44,572 bases of DNA. Origin: Octopus bimaculoides. Its lineage: Eukaryota. Below are positions 35,467 through 44,572 of this stretch, in pieces (positions within the stretch are counted from its first letter, which is position 1; each line of letters begins with the position of its first letter). The notes beneath the pieces are model-generated. The model was given only the letters and a program-made list of their open reading frames with translations. It was not told the origin of the DNA and made no database searches. The DNA lies in the NCBI RefSeq assembly GCF_001194135.2, contig NC_068984.1, forward strand, positions 86,090,677-86,135,248, in the 5' to 3' direction. The position numbers were made by a program, and so were the translations under genes.

Positions 35467-35862
35467 TCTTACTTGTTTCAGTCATTGGTCTGTGGTCATG
35501 CTGGGGCACTATATTGAAGAATTTTAGCCGAACGAATGACTCCCCCCTCCAGTACTTTCTTTATTTTAAAGCCCGGTATTTGTTCTATCGGTCTCCTTGG
35601 CCGAACTGCTAAGTTGCCATGACGTAGACGAATTAACACTGGTTGTCAAGCGGTGGTGGGGAAGAAAAAAACATAAATACATACATAAACATAAATACAT
35701 ACGCCTACACACACACACACACACGCACAAATGCGCATATTTCCGTCTACCAAATCCACTCACAAGGCTTTGGTGTGCTTGGAACTATAGTAGAAGACAC
35801 TTGCCCTAAGGTGCCATACAGAGGGACTGAACTCGGATTCATGTAGTTGGGAAGCAAGCTTT
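35467..35862 (-). mobile_element. SINE family B, full length, tail-to-tail with the preceding SINE-A
   Basis: The reverse-complement tail CTTGTTTCAGTCATTGG...CATGCTGGGGCAC and head TTTCCGTCTACCAAATCCACTCACAAGGCTTTGG...AGAAGACACTTGCCCTAAGGTGCC are both present. Confidence 0.88.
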
Positions 35863-38625
35863 TTATCTATCTATTTATTTGTTTGTTTGTTTGCTTATTG
35901 TATATTAGCTAAGCAATTTGAATTTGTAAAGATTTTAATCCATATTCTTTTAAAAAAGGATTCGGTTTCTTACCAAATTACGATGTAGCTGAGTCTCAAT
36001 TAGTGGAAATTGACACTTTTACGAACGCAGTAATTCCATTATGTTTCTTGTATTGCTGCTGCCTTTTGCAGAAGGAAAACAAGCTGAATGACACACTATC
36101 CTTAGTCATTTATTTTTATGGTCGTCTTCAGGGCATAGGTAATTAAGCAGCACAAATTTTTCTGATTCGTTTTCTTTTATTATTTCTTCCTTATATCTGA
36201 ACTTTACAACATAAAAGAAAATAGAATAAGAGAAAATAGTATGAAAGAAATATGAAATTGAAAGAGAAGCCTTTGCTTTTCAAAGAGGGAGGCTGGGGAG
36301 TATAAAAGAAGATGAATAAACTTTGATCTACTCTGTTTGTAAACACACTTCAAATATTTGAGGAAATACAGAGATGAAGAGAAACGCTTGTAACATATAT
36401 ACTCAAGCGTGACAAGGCTGTAGCCTTCTGATTTGTGAACATCAGAACTAATGTTACTAGAGTGAAACATAACATTTCTCACCAAACAGGTTTATTTAAG
36501 TGATTTCAGCAGGGAAGTTTTATTCTTCTGAATGATTAGTTACAACTTATTTTTAAAAGGGTTAGAAAAGACAATTTTGAAACTGTTTTATTTTTCCTGA
36601 TTAAGTAATTATGCTTCTGAAATTAATCGTTTTAATTGAATGAGAATTTTGACGGAACATACTCTGAATGTTTTGAATATTTTACTCTTTTCACATAATA
36701 AAAAAAATGTCTCTAATAATCATAATATTATGGCACTAAATTTTTGGGAATAAGATATTTAACTTTTTGCCTGTCCCGTGATGCACAAGACATATTTCAA
36801 TGGCATCCGTGCATCATATATGGTACACCCCACCTTTTTTTTTCTTTCATCCACCAGAGTAAATTAGGAGTTATGAAAGGAAAGCTTCATATAATTCAGA
36901 ACATATGAAACAAAGGCTAACTAAAAGTCTGAAAACAAGCATGGACGTTTCGGAAAAACGTATACAAATGCTTTGACCAGGGGAAGGGCTGAACCTGTTT
37001 CTGTGTTACGCATTGGTGGCTCGTAGATAAAATTAGTGAGAAGGGTGCTTCAGAAAATTTTTAGCCGTTGTTTTAATATTGTGTAAAAGGAAACAACCAT
37101 ATAAAAAGAAAATTTAAACATAAACTTGATCGGGTAGTGTGTCTAATTTGTTCACTGAACACTGCCGCGAATTTCCCCTTGTTTTTCAAAAATCCTCCCT
37201 AAATCACAAAATAGGAGGAGGAGGATTGCCTTATTTTTCAAATCTTGGCAGCAACACTGAAGCTGGAAGCAGGATAATAATTTAATTCTACACTTTATCA
37301 CATTCAAGAATATAAACACGTTTTTAAACACAACACACGCGGAGTAAGACAGAAACACTACCTTTCACCGGAACACCGGTCGGCACTGTCGTTCACACAG
37401 TACTCTCTCTCTCCCTAGTGTGCAGCTTCCTATCTCGGACATGTGAACATGTCCACAACAGCCAAACACCTGTGAAGGGCACAGTTCTATACATGGATTT
37501 TTGTATTTTTTTCATAAACTAGGGAATGGCTACTGACATTAAGCTTAAGGATTATATAATGTACAAGTATAAAGAAAGAACTGAAGAAAAAAAGGACTCA
37601 TTATATTGAATGTTATCGATAATATCGAGTGGAAATAGGGAGTGCTGCAATTCCACAGTGCCTATACACGAGACGCCACTGTGTTACGTAACATACTCGA
37701 ACATTTACTATGTTTACAGTCAGTGCTTCGCCCAAGTCTAATAACCTGTTTAAACTGTTCGGCTACTGTAAGGTGAGTACTTTCTTGAGGACGTAGCACG
37801 CCTTTCCTCAAGCTTCACATGACTGTACAGTTTCGGACAGAACTTTGCAGCAGTCCATGGAAGGCGTTCTTTTGTATTATTGGTTCCAGCTAGTTGGTAG
37901 TATTTAAACCGTTGTGAATAAAAATAAACTTTTGAAGACCTCGTAATTATGGTTGCTGTCCCTTTTTTGATGAGTGACATTATTTCAGGAAACTGTATCG
38001 CCATGTCTTTTTAAACATCTCGTCCATTACTTGTGATCCGTATGCGATTCAGCGGTTTAACTCGTACCAAATAACACCTGTGTTTAATATCGAAAAGAAA
38101 TGCTCTAAGCCCAAACTTAACGAAATGGTCACATCTAAGTGATTTTTGACTTTACAATGTCAGCTTCGTTTTCTGGGAAAACCCCGAGTTTAGATGATAT
38201 CTATTTCCTATTATGGTAAAATAACGTTGTTCGGAATTATTTCGAATTGTGTGGCATATTTGTTATTGTTCTTCGTTATTTTTTCTCGTTATATTAAAAT
38301 TTGTTGCTGCTACTGTTCACTTTTGTGTTGATTTAGTTTTGTTTTGTGTTTAAGATGAGTGAATTTTGTATTATATTTGTAATTGTTTCTCTTTATTTAG
38401 AAATTAAAAAAAAGAAAAAGAAAATGCCTGCTTCTTAATTGCTTGGAAACAATATCACGCATTTTAATTGTAGGAATGAAAAAAGAAACAACTCCGTGGG
38501 ATAAAAGTTAAGCAAACCGAATAGGCTGTGGGAAAGAAACAATAAAAAAGTGATAAAAAAAAAAGAAGTCTTGACTCTGACAGAGAATATAAATATGATG
38601 AAATTGTGTAATCTTGCCAAACTGT

Positions 38626-38982
38626 CATCGTTGCGTCACGCTGCGAGTTCGTCTTTCGACGACGACGACGCCCACCAGCCCGAAGCGCGGCGGGAACGTC
38701 GCGGATAGGTAACGGAGCAGAAGGATGACGACGACGACGAAAGCAAGAGAGGGGTGAACAAACAAGAGTACCGAAGAAGTACTCCGTTTCCTCGCGCCCG
38801 CCGCTTACGCGTTGTCCTCTCCGTCCTGGTTCCTTTTCGTTTCCGCCATGACCGCCGCCGTCGGTCGGCGTTCGCTCAGTGGATCACCATGAGAGCGTTC
38901 GTACCCACCGACGGAGCAGCGGCCGCCTTCCGCGCGCAGCAGCCGCCATGCGTCGCACTTCTTTTGCAATTTCTCTTATATT
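38626..38982 (+). other. rDNA ITS2-like GC-rich spacer fragment
   Basis: An abrupt switch from AT-rich flank to very GC-rich sequence with (GAC)n runs, contiguous with a 28S 5' end. No 5.8S sequence is seen. Confidence 0.7.
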
Positions 38983-39131
38983 GCCCTCGACTCGAACTAG
39001 ACTACCCGTCCAACTTAAGCATATCACTAAGCGGAGGAAAAGGAACCAGCCGGGATTCCCTAAGTAACGGCAAATGAACCGGGAGAAACCCAACGCCGAA
39101 TCTCGTCGGCCGCACCGGATGTCGAGAGCTG
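38983..39131 (+). pseudogene. 28S rRNA 5' end fragment (dispersed rDNA pseudogene)
   Basis: ACCCGTCCAACTTAAGCATATCACTAAGCGGAGGAAAAGGAACCAGCCGGGATTCCCTAAGTAACGGCAAATGAACCGGGAGAAACCCAACGCCGAATC matches the universally conserved LSU 5' region (ACCCGCTGAAYTTAAGCATAT...GCGGAGGAAAAGAAAC). It is truncated after ~150 nt and followed by A11. Confidence 0.9.
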
Positions 39132-39392
39132 AAAAAAAAAAATAGAGAAACTGTATAACTTTTACGAAAGCGAAACTGATGTGAACTAACATTTTTACTA
39201 TTACAAGGTTCATCATTGAAAACATTCCCCGGCCTTACATCCTGTGAATTTGGTTATCTTTAATTTCATTGAATTTAATTTATTCTAATCCAACTGTGAC
39301 CTTCCTTCTTAAGTCTATTATCTGATATTTTCGACATACTTGACAAAGTAACCATACGCTAGCATTTTTCATTTCCTTTGTAACATCTTCAC

Positions 39393-39507
39393 ATACATAC
39401 ATACATACATGTGTGCATGCATACATACATACACACATACACATGCATGCATACATACATACATACATACATACGCACATACATACATACATACATACAT
39501 ACATACA

Positions 39508-39537
<30 letters not shown>
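39393..39537. repeat. (CATA)n microsatellite
   Basis: Directly visible. Confidence 0.95.
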
Positions 39538-39538
<1 letters not shown>

Positions 39539-40753
39539 GATTTCCCATTGACAGGACAGGCGTTTTAAAAACTCTCGCCCAGTTTCTTACTTCAAACTAA
39601 CAACTGCCACTTCTCAATGATTTCCGAAGAAAATTTCTGAAATTTTTTTTTTTTTTAGAAGGTGTTTTTTTTTTTTAATTAAATAAAAAAAAGTTGATAT
39701 TTTCCCAGGATTGAAGACTCTTTAAGTATTGAGAAGTGGTATGGCACGAAGTCATAATAAAATTATTTTACTGAGCTTGAAATTAAAATCTAATTCGGAA
39801 CAGAAACAATTTAAATCTTTTGTCATCAAAGTAGGTATTGTAAAAAAAATGAAAAAAAAAAAACATTTCAATCCGCCAATGTGAGGAGAAAAGAAGAGGA
39901 AACGGATGTTAGCGTATATTGACGACGTAGATGAAGTGGCTTCAGTTGGAAATAACCAAAGCACAAATTCGTTTCTTGTTGAACTTGTTATGCATGTGAA
40001 TTATATAGCGATTTCTTGATACACTTCCTGTGCATGCTATAACATCGATAAAAGAATATATATNNNNNNNNNNNNNNNNNNNNNNNNNNNNNNNNNNNNN
40101 NNNNNNNNNNNNNNNNNNNNNNNNNNNNNNNNNNNNNNNNNNNNNNNNNNNNNNNNNNNNNNNNNNNNNNNNNNNNNNNNNNNNNNNNNNNNNNNNNNNN
40201 NNNNNNNNNNNNNNNNNNNNNNNNNNNNNNNNNNNNNNNNNNNNNNNNNNNNNNNNNNNNNNNNNNNNNNNNNNNNNNNNNNNNNNNNNNNNNNNNNNNN
40301 NNNNNNNNNNNNNNNNNNNNNNNNNNNNNNNNNNNNNNNNNNNNNNNNNNNNNNNNNNNNNNNNNNNNNNNNNNNNNNNNNNNNNNNNNNNNNNNNNNNN
40401 NNNNNNNNNNNNNNNNNNNNNNNNNNNNNNNNNNNNNNNNNNNNNNNNNNNNNNNNNNNNNNNNNNNNNNNNNNNNNNNNNNNNNNNNNNNNNNNNNNNN
40501 NNNNNNNNNNNNNNNNNNNNNNNNNNNNNNNNNNNNNNNNNNNNNNNNNNNNNNNNNNNNNNNNNNNNNNNNNNNNNNNNNNNNNNNNNNNNNNNNNNNN
40601 NNNNNNNNNNNNNNNNNNNNNNNNNNNNNNNNNNNNNNNNNNNNNNNNNNNNNNNNNNNNNNNNNNNNNNNNNNNNNNNNNNNNNNNNNNNNNNNNNNNN
40701 NNNNNNNNNNNNNNNNNNNNNNNNNNNNNNNNNNNNNNNNNNNNNNNNNNNNN

Positions 40754-40798
<45 letters not shown>

Positions 40799-41150
40799 CA
40801 TACACACGCATACACAATATATACATACGTGCACACACATACATACACACACGCACACACACATACGCACACATACACATGCGCACACACACGCACGCGC
40901 ACTCACCTACACACACCTACATACACACACGCACACATACACACACGCACACATACACGCACACACATACACACACATGTACACACGCGCATACATTCAC
41001 ACGCACACACATATACACACACGCACAGACATACACATACAAGCACACACACGCACGCACACACACACACAGAGTAACGCACATTTACTCCACAGATACA
41101 ACACCACGCGCGCGCACACACAACATATACATACGCGCACACATACATAC
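40754..41150. repeat. Compound (TA)n/(CA)n low-complexity tract
   Basis: Directly visible; it is the source of the His/Thr- and Cys/Val-rich spurious ORFs. Confidence 0.95.
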
Positions 41151-41560
41151 ATCAGTTAAACATACCAGTTAAACACCTTCCTACTGACCATTCTCCTACG
41201 CATACGTGAATGGAAACACTACACAAAAGACGGTCACTCCTATAAATTCTTCCTACGACATTAAGCGACACAAATTTCACTCACACATGCACATATAAAC
41301 AGCCCAAACCTCTCTCTCTTTCTCACACACACACACACACACACACAACACATACACACATACGCACACACACGTGGTTATTATTACACACACACACAGA
41401 CCTGCGCGTACACACATACACACACATACCTCCTTCTCTTACATTTTCTTGTCATAGAAAGAACTTTTCTTCACCCATTCCCTGCCGGTCATTTCAAATG
41501 CAACCACATGTGGATTGTTGGCGATTTTCTTCCTCCGTCTTCCCTTCTTTTGGACTTTCC

Positions 41561-41600
41561 TCTATCTCTGAAGAAGAGCTTTGCTCGAAACGTTAAACCA
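41561..41600 (+). ncRNA. Minimal hammerhead-ribozyme-like motif (Penelope-type terminal repeat)
   Basis: CTGAAGA (41568-41574), an extra A, stem II GAGC-TTT-GCTC, GAAA (41587-41590) and palindromic ACGT. Stem I is poor. Confidence 0.55.
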
Positions 41601-42269
41601 TCTTTCTTTCCTTTCCTGAGCATTTGCTAATACATTACATGTACCACATCCTTGCGTTGTTGTTTTTTCATGTTTGTTCTTCTTTTTGGGGATTTACTAT
41701 ATANNNNNNNNNNNNNNNNNNNNNNNNNNNNNNNNNNNNNNNNNNNNNNNNNNNNNNNNNNNNNNNNNNNNNNNNNNNNNNNNNNNNNNNNNNNNNNNNN
41801 NNNNNNNNNNNNNNNNNNNNNNNNNNNNNNNNNNNNNNNNNNNNNNNNNNNNNNNNNNNNNNNNNNNNNNNNNNNNNNNNNNNNNNNNNNNNNNNNNNNN
41901 NNNNNNNNNNNNNNNNNNNNNNNNNNNNNNNNNNNNNNNNNNNNNNNNNNNNNNNNNNNNNNNNNNNNNNNNNNNNNNNNNNNNNNNNNNNNNNNNNNNN
42001 NNNNNNNNNNNNNNNNNNNNNNNNNNNNNNNNNNNNNNNNNNNNNNNNNNNNNNNNNNNNNNNNNNNNNNNNNNNNNNNNNNNNNNNNNNNNNNNNNNNN
42101 NNNNNNNNNNNNNNNNNNNNNNNNNNNNNNNNNNNNNNNNNNNNNNNNNNNNNNNNNNNNNNNNNNNNNNNNNNNNNNNNNNNNNNNNNNNNNNNNNNNN
42201 NNNNNNNNNNNNNNNNNNNNNNNNNNNNNNNNNNNNNNNNNNNNNNNNNNNNNNNTGTGTATATATAGG

Positions 42270-42271
42270 TA

Positions 42272-42326
<55 letters not shown>
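42270..42326. repeat. (TATC)n microsatellite
   Basis: Directly visible. Confidence 0.95.
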
Positions 42327-42422
42327 ACATTTTCATGATGCTGAACCGTTAATCCCTACACAAATTTTTCTCTCTCCTTTTTCTTTGTTTTTTCGTTCAC
42401 TCTCCATATTTTTCCTCTCAGT

Positions 42423-42460
42423 TCTTTCTGTCGAAGGGCATAGGCCCGAAACGTCAGAGA
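42423..42460 (+). ncRNA. Minimal type I hammerhead-ribozyme-like motif with variant core
   Basis: Stem I is TCTTT/AGAGA and the core is CTGTCGA (A6 replaced by T), followed by an extra A. Then come stem II GGGC-ATAG-GCCC, GAAA, palindromic ACGT and the GTC cleavage triplet (42453-42455). Confidence 0.6.
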
Positions 42461-42568
42461 CTTTTCCATTTTTCCCGTGCATTAAACTAATACATCTGTT
42501 TGTTGCTCTCCCTTCGAAACTTCGAAAATGTTATGAAGTCAATATTGAAAATATTTGTTTCAGATTCT

Positions 42569-42759
42569 GGCACAGGGCCAGCAATTTTAGTGGAGAGGCG
42601 TAAGTCAATTGCAATGACTGCAGTACTAAATAGGCACTCACTTTATCGACAGCGAAAGGATGAAATGCAAAATCAACCCTAGTGGAATATGAACTCAGGA
42701 CATAAAGACGAGCGAAATGCCGCTAAGCGTGTTGCCAGCATGCATCCTATCGCCGCCTT
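42569..42759 (-). mobile_element. SINE family A (diverged), first of a tandem pair
   Basis: Reverse complement of SINE-A: ...GAAAGGATGAAATGCAAAATCAACC...GAACTCAGGACATAAAGACGAGCGAAATGCCGCTAAGC...CGCCGCCTT. Confidence 0.8.
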
Positions 42760-42765
42760 AATATT

Positions 42766-42955
42766 GGCTTCAGATTTGGGGCAGGGACCAAGTCGATTAA
42801 ATCGACCCCAGTGTTCAACTGGAATTTATTTTGTCGGCGCCGAAAGGATGAAAGGCAAAGTCGACTTCCGTAGAATTTGAACTCTGAACGTAAGGACGGA
42901 CGAAATGCTGGCTAGCATTTTGCCTGGCATGATAATGATTCTGCCAGCTCACCGA
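42766..42955 (-). mobile_element. SINE family A, second of a tandem pair
   Basis: AGTCGATTAAATCGACCCCAGTGTTCAACTGG...GAAAGGATGAAAGGCAAAGTCGAC...GATTCTGCCAGCTCACC. Confidence 0.85.
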
Positions 42956-43089
42956 AATATTAGGAAATATTAAATAAATGATAAAATAAAATAATAATAA
43001 AGAATAAAAACCAACGGGTGAATGACACACGGGGCAAGTATGTAAAGTATTAACAGTAAGAGTGTAATTTTTATAGAGAAGGTGAGAAA

Positions 43090-43235
43090 GCATGACCGCA
43101 TGGTTAAGGTGTCCACTGCACAACTGCGAATGTCTGGGTTCGGTCACAGTGTACAGCAATTTGGGTAAATACATTCTACTATAACCTTGTGACTGGAATT
43201 TGAGAGGACGGAAGCTGTGCGGAAGCCCGCCATGT
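43090..43235 (+). mobile_element. Old SINE-B-like head followed by (TATG)n
   Basis: TGGTTAAG...GGGTTCGGTCACAG...TTGGGTAAATACATTCTACTATAACC...GACGGAAGCTGTGCGGAAGCCCGCC. Confidence 0.55.
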
Positions 43236-43252
43236 ACATGCACGAATGTATG

Positions 43253-43286
<34 letters not shown>

Positions 43287-43444
43287 TGTATGTATGTATG
43301 TATGTGCACGCGCGCGTGTGTGTTAAATATACGATACAAACTTCAGTAAGAAGCATTTGCCAGGAGCAATGGAAAGTCGTGAATTGTGGAGAGATTTTGT
43401 CAGGAATGTTTGATTGTGGTCGCAATCATGGTAATGTTGTATAT

Positions 43445-43982
43445 AGGAGTGGCTGTGTGGTAAGTAGCTTGTTTACCAACCACATGGTTACAGGTTCAGT
43501 CCTACTGTGAGTAGATTTGGTAGAAGGAAACTAAAAGAAGCCTGTCGTGTATATATATATATATATATATNNNNNNNNNNNNNNNNNNNNNNNNNNNNNN
43601 NNNNNNNNNNNNNNNNNNNNNNNNNNNNNNNNNNNNNNNNNNNNNNNNNNNNNNNNNNNNNNNNNNNNNNNNNNNNNNNNNNNNNNNNNNNNNNNNNNNN
43701 NNNNNNNNNNNNNNNNNNNNNNNNNNNNNNNNNNNNNNNNNNNNNNNNNNNNNNNNNNNNNNNNNNNNNNNNNNNATATACATATGTGTGTGTGTTTGTG
43801 TTTGTGTCTGTGTTTGTTCCCCAACCATCGCTTGACAACCGATACTGGTATGTTTACGATCGGCAAAAGAGACCAATAGAATAAGTACTAGGCTTACAAA
43901 GAATAAGCCCTGGGGTCGATTTGTTCGACTAAAGGCGGTGCTCCAGCATGGCCGCAGTTAAATAACTGAAGCACGTAAAAGA
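43445..43982 (+). mobile_element. SINE family B with a microhomology-bounded deletion in the head; spans an N-gap
   Basis: The head AGGAGTGGCTGTGTGGTAAGTAGCTTG...TTCAGTCCTACTGTG|AGTAGATTTGG lacks the ~50 bp segment present at 21021 and 4746. The tail is near consensus: GGCGGTGCTCCAGCATGGCCGCAG (43934-43957). Confidence 0.92.
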
Positions 43983-44046
43983 ATATATATATATGCATAC
44001 ATACACACACACACACATACGCACACATGCACACACACAATGAGTA

Positions 44047-44079
<33 letters not shown>

Positions 44080-44301
44080 AAGTCTGTGTGTATATGTGAG
44101 TGTATGTATGTGTGTGTATGTGTGCGTGTGTGTGTAATTTTCGAAGTACAAATCTTGGACTCAAGGACTAAGTACAATATATATAGATATGTAGTGAAAC
44201 TACATATCGCCATTAGATACAAACTACTATCGCCATTACATACAATCTTCTCATTTAAATATAAATAAATGCGAGCGTAGTAGAGAACCCATTCCTTGTC
44301 C

Positions 44302-44399
44302 ATCACGTGACTGATCATTATTCGAATCGGCAACTTCTTCGAACCTTTCCCGCCAGAACGCAAACTGACCAATCACGGCCCCTAATAAGGTCACGTGAT
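44302..44399. promoter_or_regulatory. Candidate promoter module: two palindromic TCACGTGA E-boxes flanking a CCAAT box
   Basis: ATCACGTGAC (44302-44311), GACCAATCA (44367-44375) and GTCACGTGAT (44390-44399) lie in CpG-retaining sequence at the window edge. Confidence 0.4.
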
Positions 44400-44572
44400 A
44401 GAGTAAAATTCTAAAGGCATTTGGAGCCCTCTTAACGCTATATATAGATCAACTCATACCCAATAATTTGTCTCGGTCCAGTTTCTCTTTGAGAACTGTT
44501 CCGTGTACCACACGACAGCAGCAGCAGTTCCAGCGACCACTTCAGCAGCTTCGTCCAGCCACGATGACCTCC

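Larger units (their letters stand above)
1934..43775. other. Nine assembly gaps: 1934-2261, 6478-6487, 12644-13125, 14294-14393, 21156-21305, 34467-34922, 40064-40753, 41704-42255, 43571-43775
   Basis: N runs; eight of the nine abut TA/CA/TG microsatellites. Confidence 0.98.

Noticed and set aside
38983-39131. Functional rRNA locus
   Set aside because: Only ~150 nt of 28S is present, with no 18S or 5.8S, embedded in AT-rich unique flanks.
38754-39225. Arg/Ala-rich ORFs of 107 and 113 aa
   Set aside because: These are shadow ORFs over GC-rich ITS2/28S sequence.
4746-43982. Regularly recurring similar sequences that might suggest a CRISPR-like array
   Set aside because: They are dispersed SINE copies in both orientations with irregular spacing. 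The DNA is eukaryotic and has no cas genes.
1863-44372. Dozens of ORFs rich in YVCM, HTHT, YIYI, poly-S/T/Y/H or X
   Set aside because: These are translations of (TATG)n, (CA)n, (TA)n, (TAC)n and (GGT)n microsatellites or N-gaps, not genes.

Overview
This is eukaryotic, AT-rich, microsatellite-dense DNA with nine N-gaps. Its repeat families match what I recall of octopus (coleoid cephalopod) genomes; the host is an inference. It contains one convincing host coding block, a ~2.9 kb minus-strand ORF (25799-28672). That ORF encodes a Ser/Asn/Pro-rich, Lys-rich protein with an AT-hook-like RGRP motif and a C-terminal coiled coil resembling LRIF1. The rest is mostly transposon debris: two abundant tRNA-type SINE families (called A and B here), a near full-length dead CR1/L2-group LINE, and Tx1/L1, RTE, R4/Dong and probable Penelope-like fragments. 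DNA-transposon debris includes two mariner derivatives (one internally deleted, one a ~250 bp-arm foldback), a GG-ended MITE with an 8 bp TSD nested in a SINE tail, a hAT MITE and a Helitron 3' end. There is also a dispersed ITS2-28S rDNA fragment ending in poly(A). The most notable non-obvious signals are three minimal type I hammerhead-ribozyme-like motifs, a 3' tail shared by the CR1/L2-type LINE and SINE-B, and the polyadenylated pre-rRNA-like insert. No prokaryotic genes or CRISPR arrays are present. Most short ORFs in the track are microsatellite or gap artefacts.
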